From an uncultured Verrucomicrobiae bacterium (GTDB lineage: Bacteria; Verrucomicrobiota; Verrucomicrobiia; Chthoniobacterales; UBA10450): a stretch of DNA of 64,000 nucleotides. The DNA is taken from the NCBI GenBank assembly GCA_963726745.1, contig CAVSDR010000005.1, positions 155,286 through 219,285 of the forward strand, read 5' to 3'. The stretch's first letter is position 1. Each line of letters begins with the position of its first letter. Shown one piece after another: positions 23,854 to 33,854 of this stretch. The notes under the pieces were generated by a model. It ran no database searches, was not told the origin of the DNA, and saw nothing but the letters and a program-made list of their open reading frames with translations. Made by a program: the position numbers and the translations under genes.

Positions 23854-24747
23854 GCGCATCCTCGTCATCCGCGGCGGCGCCATTGGCGACTTCATCCTGA
23901 CGCTGCCGATGCTGGCCGCGCTGCGCGACGGGTTTTCCGCGGGCGGAGATCGAGCTGCTCGGCTACAAGCACATCGTCGCGCTCGCGGTGCCAGCCTACG
24001 CGAATGCTGCCCGCTCGATCGAATATGGCGCGCTCGCCGGCTTCTTTGCGCGCGGGGGAAACCTGGCGCCGGATCTCGCCGACTATTTTCGCACCTTCGA
24101 CCTCGTCATCAGCTACCTTTTCGATCCCGACCGGCTACTTTCGAGCAAAATCTCCGCCGCTGCGGTGCGGAGGAGATCCTCCTCGGGCCGCCCAAGATCG
24201 CCGGCGACGAGCATGCCGCGCGGCAATGGGCGCGTCCGCTCGCGGAGCTCGGCCTCGAACAGACGACTACGCCGCGCGCTTGAGATTGCCGGCTGTGACC
24301 GTGAGTCCGGCGATTGCGCTTCATCCGGGCAGCGGGAGCGCGCGCAAGAATTGGCCGCTGGAGCGCTGGCAGGCGCTGGTGGATCACCTGCTCGCGACCT
24401 ATCCCTCGCGAGAAATCCTCCTCGTCGGCGGCGAGGCCGATCGCGAGCAACTGGAAACCTTTCGCCGCACGCCTAACGAGAGGTTGCGCCTGGTCGAGAA
24501 TCTCTCGCTGCCGGACCTGGCGGTGAAGCTTGCGGGCTGCGCCATGTTCGTCGGGCACGACAGCGGGATCTCGCACCTGGCCGCGGCCGCGGGCACAAAG
24601 TGTCGGCTACTTTTCGGGCCGACCGATCCCGCGATCTGGGCGCCGTTGAATGAAGAGGTGAAAGTCCTGCGCGCGTCGGACGGGACGATGGAATCGATCT
24701 CCCTCGGCGAAGTGAAAGCGGCGATCGAGACCGCGCTGGCCGAATAG
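23849..24747 (+). CDS. Glycosyltransferase family 9 (heptosyltransferase-like); several frameshifts, start uncertain
   Basis: KRILVIRGGAIGDFILTLP at the 5' end; HPGSGS..KNWP, GHDSGISHLAAA, LFGPT at the 3' end. Confidence 0.85.
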
Positions 24748-24753
24748 CCCCGC

Positions 24754-25851
24754 CTACGAGCTGATGCGCATCGGCATCAAGACGTAGAGAAACGGCGTCT
24801 GGATCTTCAAAACGCCGGGGCTCATCTCGTCGATTAAATCGAGGAAGACTTCGTCTTCGGTGAGCGCGCGCAGCGGCGCCATGAAAAACTCTGGATTGAA
24901 CGCGATCGAGAATTCGCGGCCTTTGTAGGCCACCGCGAGCGACTCCTTCGCTTCGCCGACTTCCGGCGTGTTCGCGGTGATGTCGATGTTGTTCTTGGTG
25001 AAGTTGAGCTTGATCGAATTCGACTTGTCGCTCGCGAGCAGGGAGACGCGGCGAAGGGAATTCAGGAAAGTCTCGCGCTCGAGCGTGACGCGTTCCTTGG
25101 TCTCCGCCGGGATGACCTGGCGGTAGTTCGGGTAGTTCCCCTCGATCAATTTCGAGACCAACAAAGTGTTGTTTAAATCAAAGGCGATCTGCCCGCTGCC
25201 GAAGCTGACTTTGACGTCGCCTTCATCGGTCAGGAGGCGCTGCAATTCCGTCACGGCCTTGGTCGGGACAATGATGTCGGCCTCGTGGCTACGGGGAAAT
25301 TCGAGGTCGATATCGACCATCGCCAGGCGGCGGCCGTCGGTGGCCACGAGCGTGAGCTTGTTTTCCTTGAGCGAAAAGAGCACGCCGTTGAGCACGTAGC
25401 GCGTCTCATCGGTCGAGATCGCGTAGGCTGTTTTCCGCAGGCCATCGCGCAGCGCTTTCTGCGGGATGGTCACGTTCTTCGCGCCTTCAAATTTCGGCAG
25501 TGGCGGGAACTCTTCTTCCGGCAAACCGAGGATCTTGAAGAAGCTCTGGCCGCTGCGGATGGAGGCGGCGTTTTTGTTATCGATCTCGATCTGGATTTCG
25601 CTCGAGGGCAGCTCGCGAATGATCGTGAAGAGCCGGCGCGCCGGCAGCGTGGTCGCGCCTTCTTTTTCCACCTTCGCCTCGAAGCTTCCACGCACTCCGA
25701 CGTCGAGGTCGGTCGTGGTCAGGTGCACTTCGCCGCCGCTCGCCTGCAGGAGAACGTTCGAGAGAATCGGCAAGGTCGTGCGCGTGCTGACGACGTTTTG
25801 AACCTGCTGCAAACCTTCGAGTAATTTCTCTTTCGTGGCGCTGAATTTCAT
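24754..25851 (-). CDS. dnaN: DNA polymerase III beta clamp
   Basis: TLPILSNV, ATDGRRL, LIEGNYPNY, LMPMR; downstream of dnaA. Confidence 0.98.
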   Translation of the reverse strand: MKFSATKEKLLEGLQQVQNVVSTRTTLPILSNVLLQASGGEVHLTTTDLDVGVRGSFEAKVEKEGATTLPARRLFTIIRELPSSEIQIEIDNKNAASIRSGQSFFKILGLPEEEFPPLPKFEGAKNVTIPQKALRDGLRKTAYAISTDETRYVLNGVLFSLKENKLTLVATDGRRLAMVDIDLEFPRSHEADIIVPTKAVTELQRLLTDEGDVKVSFGSGQIAFDLNNTLLVSKLIEGNYPNYRQVIPAETKERVTLERETFLNSLRRVSLLASDKSNSIKLNFTKNNIDITANTPEVGEAKESLAVAYKGREFSIAFNPEFFMAPLRALTEDEVFLDLIDEMSPGVLKIQTPFLYVLMPMRISS

Positions 25852-25947
25852 GAGGAGTGCGGGGCCGGACGAGCTATGATGTAAGGCTTCCGATTTTATT
25901 CGGCAACCGCAATCTCGACGCGGCGCGCCGAGGAAAAGGCAATCGGT

Positions 25948-27315
25948 TTAACGCTTCAGCGAACTGTCGATGAAGGAGATGGTTTGCCGGAGATTATCCT
26001 GCTCGGTCATCTTCCGCTTCACCGTCTTGCAGGCATGGAGCACGGTCCCGTGATCGCGTCCGCCAAAGGCGTCGCCGATCTCATTGAGTGAGGCCTTGGT
26101 CAGTTCGCGTGAGAGATACATCGCGATCTGGCGGGGAAAGGCAATGTTCGCCGGCCGGCGCTTGCTCGTCATGTCGGCAATGCGGACATCGAAGTGCTCG
26201 GCCACGCGCCGCTGGATTTGCTCGATCGTAACCGCGTGCCGCGCCTCTTCGTTGAGGATGTCCTTGAGCAGATGCTCGACGACCTCGTTGTTCAGCTCCT
26301 TCCCGCTGAGCGAGGCAAAGGAGGCCACGCGCATGAGGGCGCCCTCGAGCCGGCGCACGTTCGTGCGGATACGGTTTGCGAGGAAAGTGAAGATCTCGTC
26401 GGAGAGTTTGATCTGCAGGGTGCGCGCTTTCTTGCGGAGAATGGCGGTGCGCGTTTCGACATCGGGCGGCTGCAGCTCGGCGGTCAAGCCCCACTCGAAG
26501 CGCGAGACCAGCCGATGCTCGAGATTGGCAATCTCGGAAGCCGGCCGGTCGCTCGAGAGGACGATCTGCTTATGGCCGTCGAAGAGCGTGTTGAAAGTGT
26601 GGAAGAACTCTTCCTGCGAACGCTCCTTGCCGCCGAGGAACTGGATGTCGTCGATCAGGAGGAGATCGGCCTGGCGATAGCGCTTCCGGAATTTAACCAG
26701 CGTGCTGTGCTGGATCGCGTCGATGAATTCGTTGATGAAAAGCTCGCTCGAGAGATACATCACCTTGGCGTTTTTCTTCTTCGACCAAACGTATTGGCCG
26801 ATCGCCTGCATCAGGTGCGTTTTGCCCAAACCGACGCCGCCATAAATAAACAGCGGGTTGTAAGTGCGCGCCGGGGATTGCGCGACCGCGAGACTGGCGG
26901 CATGCGCGATTTCGTTGTTCGGCCCGACAACGAACGACTCAAAGTTATTTCGAGGATTGAGCCCGACAGGACCGGTGGGCGAACTTTTGCCGGTGGTCAC
27001 GGCGGGCGCCGCTGGCGGCTCTTCCTGCACCACTTCCAAGTCGCCTTCGTCAGCGGTCGCATTGTCTGAAGGAAGAGTAAAACGAACCTTTCGAGGCTCG
27101 CCAAAAGCGCTCACGATCGCGGCCTGCAAGGCGGCCATGTGATTACTCTCGATCCAGAACTGGTAGATATTGTTCGGGACCAGGAAGGTAAAGGAATCGT
27201 CCGAGACTTCCGATAGTTTGACCGCGGAAAACCAACGCTTGTAGGTATCCGCACTGACCTGTGGTCTGAGGGCTGCCGACAGCTTGGTCCATGTTTGCGC
27301 ACACTTCTCTTCCAT
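25948..27315 (-). CDS. dnaA: Chromosomal replication initiator DnaA
   Basis: YNPLFIYGGVGLGKTHL, LLIDDIQF, QEEFFHTFN, GGRDHGTVLHAC. Confidence 0.98.
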   Translation of the reverse strand: MEEKCAQTWTKLSAALRPQVSADTYKRWFSAVKLSEVSDDSFTFLVPNNIYQFWIESNHMAALQAAIVSAFGEPRKVRFTLPSDNATADEGDLEVVQEEPPAAPAVTTGKSSPTGPVGLNPRNNFESFVVGPNNEIAHAASLAVAQSPARTYNPLFIYGGVGLGKTHLMQAIGQYVWSKKKNAKVMYLSSELFINEFIDAIQHSTLVKFRKRYRQADLLLIDDIQFLGGKERSQEEFFHTFNTLFDGHKQIVLSSDRPASEIANLEHRLVSRFEWGLTAELQPPDVETRTAILRKKARTLQIKLSDEIFTFLANRIRTNVRRLEGALMRVASFASLSGKELNNEVVEHLLKDILNEEARHAVTIEQIQRRVAEHFDVRIADMTSKRRPANIAFPRQIAMYLSRELTKASLNEIGDAFGGRDHGTVLHACKTVKRKMTEQDNLRQTISFIDSSLKR

Positions 27316-27750
27316 ACAGACTTGTTAACAGCGTTAAGCGACGAACGAAGCCTGCCGTGGAGAGGGAAATTGGCGCTCGACGCAGCCAGCGCCGTGCAAA
27401 ATCCCCAAGGTCGAAAAGTTGTTTTGCGCGCTCGTCGCGGCGCGAAAATCTCCATGATACGAGGGAGAAAGGCCGATTCCCTGGTCCGCGCGTCCCGCTG
27501 AAGTTATCGAGATCATCGCAGAACTTTCGGCTTTGGCGGTGGGGGCGGATGTTCTTGTCATTCTAACTTCTAGCGTTGCTGCAGAGCTGTTCACAGGTTG
27601 TTCACACCCTGCTTTTCCTTCTCTCGGCCCGCGGGTTGAGAGTAGAAACGCGACTAAGTTCGAACAAGGAAATTTCGGAAGTTTATTTCCGTTTCCGCGC
27701 CAAAAAAATCTTGACGCTAAAATTGAACCGCGGAGCCAACTCGTCGTCTA
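27316..27750. promoter_or_regulatory. dnaA upstream region, candidate oriC with DnaA-box-like sites
   Basis: Long non-coding, lower-GC gap; tandem CTGTTCACA (27587-27595) and TTGTTCACA (27598-27606), plus TTGTTAACA (27322-27330); all imperfect vs TTWTNCACA. Confidence 0.5.
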
Positions 27751-27909
27751 AAAGTCCGCAGTCGGGCGAAGGTTGACCGCTCTTCGGCTGTCGCGCAACT
27801 TCGTCTTTCGAGCCCGCGCGCAGCGCGCGCTGACGTTGTAAAAATGGACCGAAATTCTCCTTTTGCTCATCGCTTCGCGCCGCGGCGCGCCCGGGCTTGA
27901 TCCTCCGCG

Positions 27910-28428
27910 ATGCGCCTTCTTTGCACGCTCCTTTTTGCTTCGCTCCTGCTCGCCGCTCCGGCGCGCGCGTTTGAAGACATCCCGCCGCCGTTCGGCTTTC
28001 GCTGGAATGATTCGGCGGGAAAAGTGGAGCAGGTTCTCACCGCGGCGAAAGCCAGGATCGTCAAGCGCGAGGAGCGGGAAAAGCGCGATGTCTGGACGGT
28101 GGAAGGCCTGGTCCAGCCCGGGCTCAAGCGAACCGTGTTTGAGTTCAAGGAAGGCTTCCTTGTCGAAGTTGAGCTGCAATACGAATACGACCGCTGGACG
28201 ATCGAGAACTACAACAACCGAATGGGCGAAATCCGGCGCTACTTCGACGCGAAGTTCGGCACCGGGAAGCTGATTTCGCGCACGCGCGATTCCGATTCCG
28301 ACGTCATTCAGACGCTCGTTGGCTACCAGTGGATGGTCGGCGGAACGATGCTCGAGCTTTTCTATTTCTCGGCCGAGAAACAGCCGAATCTCTACCGCAC
28401 GATCACGGTCACCTACAAAGCGATGTGA
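27910..28428 (+). CDS. Hypothetical secreted protein
   Basis: Signal peptide ending ARA|FE; host-like codon use. Confidence 0.75.
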   Translation: MRLLCTLLFASLLLAAPARAFEDIPPPFGFRWNDSAGKVEQVLTAAKARIVKREEREKRDVWTVEGLVQPGLKRTVFEFKEGFLVEVELQYEYDRWTIENYNNRMGEIRRYFDAKFGTGKLISRTRDSDSDVIQTLVGYQWMVGGTMLELFYFSAEKQPNLYRTITVTYKAM

Positions 28429-28439
28429 TCGCCGCGGCG

Positions 28440-28997
28440 CTAGCCGCGCTGCGTTTCGCGTTGCATCCGTTTCAAGCGACTCCCGAGGGTCGCCTTCGCG
28501 GCTGAACTCATCCGGTCGATAAAGAGAATGCCGTTTAAGTGATCGACCTCGTGCTGGAGCGCACGGGCCAGCAAACCGGTTGCTTCGATCACGATCTCCT
28601 TGCCTTCGAGCGTTTGCGCGCGCGCGGTTACGGCCTCGGAGCGGACGATATCGGCCGTGATCTCGGGGAAGCTGAGGCAGCCTTCCGGGCCGATGGCTTT
28701 CTCCTCATGCAGAGTGAGCACCGGATTCAGCAGGATGAGCGGCATAGCCTCCGCGAGGTCGACCAATTTGCCGTCTAATTTCATCGTGCTCGGCCGGTCT
28801 TCGACCTCGGAAACATCGAGCACCGTAAGTTGCAGGGCCTCGCCAATCTGCTGCGCGGCCAGGCCCACGCCGTTGGCTTGGTGCATCGTCTCGAGCATGT
28901 CGCTGGCGAGCTGGCGGAGTTGCGGGTCGCCGGGCTCCGCACGTTGCCCTTTCGCGCGCAAGACCGGGTCGCCGTATTTCACGATCGGCCGAATCAT
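28440..28997 (-). CDS. def: Peptide deformylase
   Basis: GVGLAAQQ, EGCLS, QHEVDHLNG. Confidence 0.97.
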   Translation of the reverse strand: MIRPIVKYGDPVLRAKGQRAEPGDPQLRQLASDMLETMHQANGVGLAAQQIGEALQLTVLDVSEVEDRPSTMKLDGKLVDLAEAMPLILLNPVLTLHEEKAIGPEGCLSFPEITADIVRSEAVTARAQTLEGKEIVIEATGLLARALQHEVDHLNGILFIDRMSSAAKATLGSRLKRMQRETQRG

Positions 28998-29401
28998 GGC
29001 TCGCCGCGGGTAAACGCCGGGAGATTTTTCACTCCGGCGAGTTTCAATGCATCCATCACTTTGATGATCGTCCCGAAGGAAGCTTTCTTGTCCGCCTGAA
29101 GCGCGACCGAGGACTTGCGCGCGGTCGCCAATTCGCGCACCGCCAACTCGAGTTCCTCCACCGGGATGGCCCGGCCATCGAGCTGGATCTCATCGTTGGC
29201 GTCCACGCTCACGATCGCGTGGTCGGTCTCGGCCGGTGCTTTCGCAGCGGTTTGGGATTCCGGGAGATTAATCTGCACTTCCGGCTGGTCTTTTTTGAAG
29301 GTCGTGGAGACGACAAAAAAGATCAGCAGGATGGTCAGGATGTCGACCAGCGAGACGATGATGATCGACGGCGCCCGCCGTTTTCGCACTGCGATTCTCA
29401 T
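28994..29401 (-). CDS. exbD: ExbD/TolR biopolymer transport protein
   Basis: SLVDILTILLIFF TM segment; ADK...VMD. Confidence 0.9.
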   Translation of the reverse strand: MRIAVRKRRAPSIIIVSLVDILTILLIFFVVSTTFKKDQPEVQINLPESQTAAKAPAETDHAIVSVDANDEIQLDGRAIPVEELELAVRELATARKSSVALQADKKASFGTIIKVMDALKLAGVKNLPAFTRGEP

Positions 29402-29416
29402 CGGCGTAACCGCTCG

Positions 29417-30139
29417 TTAGACTAGAGGGGCACGGGCTGCCGGGGCGGCTGGGCGGGCGTGCGGCGCGCTCTCCTCGCCGCGCTGCGGCAGCCGGCCGAA
29501 GTAGCATTTGCCGATGAGCTCGACCACGAGCGTTTCCATCTCGACCGACATCACTTCGATCTTCTTTGAAAAATAACTGAAGGCGACCAAAGCCGGGACC
29601 GCGATCGAAAGGCCGAAAACGGTCGCATTGAGCGCCTCCGCGATGCCCTTGGCGATTGCCTGCGTGTTGGACGCGCCCGTGCTCAAGCCTAGCGCGGAGA
29701 AGACATGCACCAAGCCCGAGACCGCGCCGATCAAGCCCAGGAGCGGCGCGATGCCGGTGATCACTTCGAGCACGATCAATCCCCGCTCCAGGACCACGAG
29801 CTCATGGCGTGCTTTTGTTTCCACCACCTCGACCGTTTCGGAACGCGGACCGCGCAGATGTTGCAGCGCGGTGCGCACGATTCGCGCGAGCGAGGAGTCG
29901 TCCTGCTGCACGATGCGGGCGAGCCGCTCCGCGCTGCCGCCGGGAACCAGCCGCTCGATCTCGCTTTCGATCACCAACGGCAACACATTCCGCCGACGCA
30001 GCGCCATTCCGCGGAGGATGATCGTGGCCACGGCCATGACCGAGCAGACCAGCAGCGGCCACATGAAGAGGCCGCCGGAAAGAAAGAACTGGAGGGCGGC
30101 GTTCGCCGGCTCGGGCAATTGCGCCAGGGTCAGGGTCAT
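29417..30139 (-). CDS. exbB: MotA/TolQ/ExbB proton channel protein
   Basis: APLLGLIGAV, GIAEALNAT. Confidence 0.9.
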   Translation of the reverse strand: MTLTLAQLPEPANAALQFFLSGGLFMWPLLVCSVMAVATIILRGMALRRRNVLPLVIESEIERLVPGGSAERLARIVQQDDSSLARIVRTALQHLRGPRSETVEVVETKARHELVVLERGLIVLEVITGIAPLLGLIGAVSGLVHVFSALGLSTGASNTQAIAKGIAEALNATVFGLSIAVPALVAFSYFSKKIEVMSVEMETLVVELIGKCYFGRLPQRGEESAPHARPAAPAARAPLV

Positions 30140-31188
30140 TGGTTCGCGTAGGTGGTGAAGAAAAAGTCGACCGGCAGGCGGCCTTCCGGGAGCGTCGCCG
30201 CCACGTCCGGCGGGATGGGAGGAATTTGCGCCTCCTGAAATGATTGCAAGCAGATGTTGGCGAAGGCCTCGTTCGAGTCGTTGGAAATAATGCGCAGGTT
30301 CTGCACCCGGCCCTTCGCATCCACCTGCGCCTCCACGTGCGCGGTCCCGATCTTCACCAGGTCCATCCGCTCCTTCATGTAAAAATACCAGCGCGAGCCG
30401 ATCGCATCCGAGACCTGCTTTTGATATTTCCCCAGCGGCGTCGCGACCGCGTTCACCGCCGACGGTCCACGATTCGTTAGGCGGCCAGTGATGCGGGTCT
30501 GCTGCCGTTCCGGTTGGTAAGTCGAGGCCGGCCGTTCCGGCCGCGGGCGCTCAGTGATTGGCGGGACGTTGGGCGCGACTGAGGGCAGCGGCGTGGCCTC
30601 GGGCTCCTCTGTCGGCCGCAGCGCGGGCGGCGGTGTCGAAGTCAGCATCGCCAGCTTTTCCGGCTCCGGCGTGGGCATGATTGCGGGCGTCATTGTCGGC
30701 GCTGGCGTGGCGCTGGGCTTGGGCGGTGCCGAGGGGCGCGGCGTGGCCTTCGGCGCAACGGTCGGCGGAGGCACCGGAGTCGGCGCGGGCGCGGAGTCCT
30801 TGGCGGCTAACGAGAGGTCCTGGGTCTCGAGGTTCATGAACGGCTGCTCCTTCCCTTCCTGCGACGGGAGCGGCGCTTCGCCCTGCGCCGGCTGCGTGCT
30901 CGCGGCGACGGAGTTCGCGTTCGACTCGAAAGTTTTCTCGGTCGGCTCCTCCGCGCTCTCCCGCGTGGTCTCGATGTAAGCCGGATTAGGCGGCGACTTC
31001 GGCGTGGCCGGCGGAACCGGCGCGAGGTCCATCATCGTCATCTCCATCGGCGCGTCGTCCGGCGGCGGCACGGAAGCGAAGGAACGATTGAAGGCCGCGA
31101 GCGAGAGGGCGATGACGACATGCAGGAGGAGCGACGCGACGACCGCGATCACTACCCGTTTGCGTTCTTTCTCCTGGCGGCTGGTCAT
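30136..31188 (-). CDS. TonB/TolA-like proline-rich membrane-anchored protein
   Basis: N-terminal TM with SLLLH, Pro/Thr-rich linker, TonB-C-like end; upstream of exbB-exbD. Confidence 0.8.
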   Translation of the reverse strand: MTSRQEKERKRVVIAVVASLLLHVVIALSLAAFNRSFASVPPPDDAPMEMTMMDLAPVPPATPKSPPNPAYIETTRESAEEPTEKTFESNANSVAASTQPAQGEAPLPSQEGKEQPFMNLETQDLSLAAKDSAPAPTPVPPPTVAPKATPRPSAPPKPSATPAPTMTPAIMPTPEPEKLAMLTSTPPPALRPTEEPEATPLPSVAPNVPPITERPRPERPASTYQPERQQTRITGRLTNRGPSAVNAVATPLGKYQKQVSDAIGSRWYFYMKERMDLVKIGTAHVEAQVDAKGRVQNLRIISNDSNEAFANICLQSFQEAQIPPIPPDVAATLPEGRLPVDFFFTTYANQ

Positions 31189-31248
31189 CTCGAAATCCCC
31201 GCGAACTGTAGCACCGGCCCTTCCCGCGACCAGCCTGCGTGCACGCGG

Positions 31249-32097
31249 CTACTTCTGGCGCGTGCGCGGCGTCGTCTTCCGCGCGTGGTGAAAGAGAAAC
31301 TGCTGCGCGTAGCCGCCGTGCTCGCCGAAGTAGCGGTCGCAAAAATCGCGCAGCCGCCCGGCCGTAAGCTTGCGGGCGCGCGGGAAATATTTTTCGCGCA
31401 GGACGCGCTCGATCCAGACATCGATCGGGAAAGCACGCAGCCGTTCGTAGGCGAAGAGCATCACGCAATTCGCCACTTTTTCGCCCACGCCGGGCAAGCC
31501 CAGGAGCTGCGCCTGCAACAAAGTGTCGTCTAATTTTCGCCAGCTCTCGAGGTCGGCTTCGCCTGCGGCCACGAACTGCGCGGTCGCGCGCAGATTTTTC
31601 GCGCGATAACCCAAGCCGCACGCGCGCAATTCCGCTTCGCTCGCCGCCGCCAGGCGGGCCGGCTCCGGGTAGGCGTAAAGGGTCGCGCCGCTCAAAGTGT
31701 GCGCGGTCCCGAAGCGTTCGCGCAAGGCGCGCGACATCTGCCGGATGTGCGCCACCTGCTTCATCGAACTGGTAATGAAAGTGGCGAGGCATTCCCAGAT
31801 CGGCTGGCGCATGATCCGCAGGCCGCGGCAGAATTCCTTCGCCGGGGTGAGCGCGGCATCCTCCGGAAGCGCGCGGCAGATTTCCCCTAACGAGTGATCG
31901 AGCGCGAAGTAATGCCGCACCAGCGCCACATCTCGCTGTCTAATGACGAGCGCCTCGCCCCGTTGCTCCACGTAGACCGGGCGCGCACCGATGCAGCCGA
32001 CGTAGCCCGGGCCGAGCGGCTCCCAATGGAACGTCTGCCCGGAGTCGAGCGTAACCGCCAAATCGAAGTCCGGGGCGGGAAGTTCGGCGTGTTTCAT
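31249..32097 (-). CDS. 8-oxoguanine DNA glycosylase (HhH-GPD family)
   Basis: TLDSGQTFHW, GLRIMRQ..WECL..FI, GLGYRA, LPGVGEKVANC, FPIDVW. Confidence 0.88.
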   Translation of the reverse strand: MKHAELPAPDFDLAVTLDSGQTFHWEPLGPGYVGCIGARPVYVEQRGEALVIRQRDVALVRHYFALDHSLGEICRALPEDAALTPAKEFCRGLRIMRQPIWECLATFITSSMKQVAHIRQMSRALRERFGTAHTLSGATLYAYPEPARLAAASEAELRACGLGYRAKNLRATAQFVAAGEADLESWRKLDDTLLQAQLLGLPGVGEKVANCVMLFAYERLRAFPIDVWIERVLREKYFPRARKLTAGRLRDFCDRYFGEHGGYAQQFLFHHARKTTPRTRQK

Positions 32098-32101
32098 TTT
32101 C

Positions 32102-32189
32102 GCCACAGATTAACACGGACAAAGCACGGATGGGGGAGCGGGCCGCGAGCCCCTGGAAAATCCCTGTTCCCTCCGCGCGTATCCGTGGC
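32102..32189. repeat. Degenerate inverted-repeat element related to the GxxExxY flanking repeats
   Basis: GCCACAGATTAACACGGACAAAGCACGGAT ... ATCCCTGTTCCCTCCGCGCGTATCCGTGGC; three CACRGA units per arm. Confidence 0.6.
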
Positions 32190-32204
32190 TACTAATTCCG
32201 CCTC

Positions 32205-33854
32205 ATGGACGCACGCCTAGCCATCGATACGGTCGTTCTCCTGGTCTACTTCTTCGGGATCGTCGCGCTCGGCCTTTGGGCCGGCCGGCGGAACAAGAAC
32301 TTGCAGGACTTCTCGTTAGGCTCGCGTTCCATCCCGTGGTGGGCCGTGCTCGCCTCGATCGTGGCCGCGGAGACCAGCGCCGCCACCTTCCTCGGCACGC
32401 CCGCCGAAGGCTTCAAGACGCGCGGTTATTTCTACGGGCAACTCGTCATCGGCACGATCCTCGCGCGGGTCATTATCGCCTTCACTTTCATCAAGCCCTA
32501 TTACGACTACCGGGTGCAGAGCGTTTACGAATTTCTCACCGTGCGCTTCGGCACCGGCACGAAGAACATGGCCAGCGGGATCTTCCTTTTTACCCGCGTC
32601 CTCGGCATCGGCGTCCGCCTTTACCTCGGCGGCGCGATCATGGTGGTGATCTGGCGTTACCTTTTCCCGACGCTGCCGGTGAACCTGAACACCTACGTCT
32701 GGGGGATCGTTTTCGTGACTGTGATCACGACGATCTACACCGCGGTCGGCGGGATCAAGGCGGTCGTCTGGACCGATCTCATCCAGGCGGTCCTGATGCT
32801 CAGCTCCGTGGTGCTGGCTATTTTTCTTCTCTTTCGCAGCATTCCCGGCGGCTTCGCGACGATCACGGAGAACCTCGGCGGCATGGGCAACATCCAGGTC
32901 TTTCAGACCGGTTGGAACTCGGAGTTGTCCTTCGGCCCGGCGCTCAAGGCGATGTTCGAGGAGCCTTACACGATCTTCGCCGCCTTCATCGCTTCGACGA
33001 TGCTTACGATGGCCACGCACGGGACCGACCAGGACATGGTCCAGCGGATGTTGACCGCGCCGAACTATCGCAAGTCGCAGCTCTCCCTCATCCTCAGCGG
33101 CTTGATGGACCTGCCGATCGCCGCCGGCTTTCTCACCGTCGGCATCCTGCTCTCGGTCCACTACGCAGTCGTGCCCGGCACGACCCTGCCCGCGGCCGAC
33201 AACGAGATCTTCGGCCATTACATCGTGCACGAAATGCCGGTGGTTTTCCGCGGCCTGATCGTGGCCGGCGTTTTCGCGACCATGATGGGTTCGACCTCCG
33301 CGGCGCTGAACGCGCTCGCGACCAGTTTCACGAAAGATTTTTACCTGCCTTACATCAATCGCGGGGCGACCGACCGCGACGCCATCCGCGCCGCGCGCAT
33401 CGCGACTTCGGTTTTTGGCGTGCTCATGATCATCGTTGCGACGATGGCGGCGCACGCGGTCTTGCAGGACGCGAAGCTCACGATCATCCCGATCGCGATC
33501 GGAATCTTAGGCTACACCTACGGCGCGTTGCTGGCGGTCTTTCTCCTCGGCATGCTCACGCGCAATCGCGGTCGCGATGGCGCAAACGTCCTGGCGATGA
33601 TCATCGGCATCACCTCCGTCCTGATCCTCTGCCGTGTCAGCATCCCGGCGTTTCACCTCGCCGAGCTTTTCCGCGGCCACCTTGTCGGGGTCCACTGGGT
33701 CTTCGGCTACTTCATGCCTGACTGGTGGCCGAAGATCTCCTGGCCCTGGTTCATCTGCGTCGGCTGCGTCGTTACCTTTGCGATTGCGGTTCTCTTCCGC
33801 ACTCCGCAAAGCCAGATCGACGCCGCCGAAGCGCACGTGCGCAACGGCGCCTAG
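32205..33854 (+). CDS. Sodium:solute symporter family protein
   Basis: AAETSAATFLG, GGIKAVVWTD, GTDQDMVQR; polytopic. Confidence 0.93.
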   Translation: MDARLAIDTVVLLVYFFGIVALGLWAGRRNKNLQDFSLGSRSIPWWAVLASIVAAETSAATFLGTPAEGFKTRGYFYGQLVIGTILARVIIAFTFIKPYYDYRVQSVYEFLTVRFGTGTKNMASGIFLFTRVLGIGVRLYLGGAIMVVIWRYLFPTLPVNLNTYVWGIVFVTVITTIYTAVGGIKAVVWTDLIQAVLMLSSVVLAIFLLFRSIPGGFATITENLGGMGNIQVFQTGWNSELSFGPALKAMFEEPYTIFAAFIASTMLTMATHGTDQDMVQRMLTAPNYRKSQLSLILSGLMDLPIAAGFLTVGILLSVHYAVVPGTTLPAADNEIFGHYIVHEMPVVFRGLIVAGVFATMMGSTSAALNALATSFTKDFYLPYINRGATDRDAIRAARIATSVFGVLMIIVATMAAHAVLQDAKLTIIPIAIGILGYTYGALLAVFLLGMLTRNRGRDGANVLAMIIGITSVLILCRVSIPAFHLAELFRGHLVGVHWVFGYFMPDWWPKISWPWFICVGCVVTFAIAVLFRTPQSQIDAAEAHVRNGA

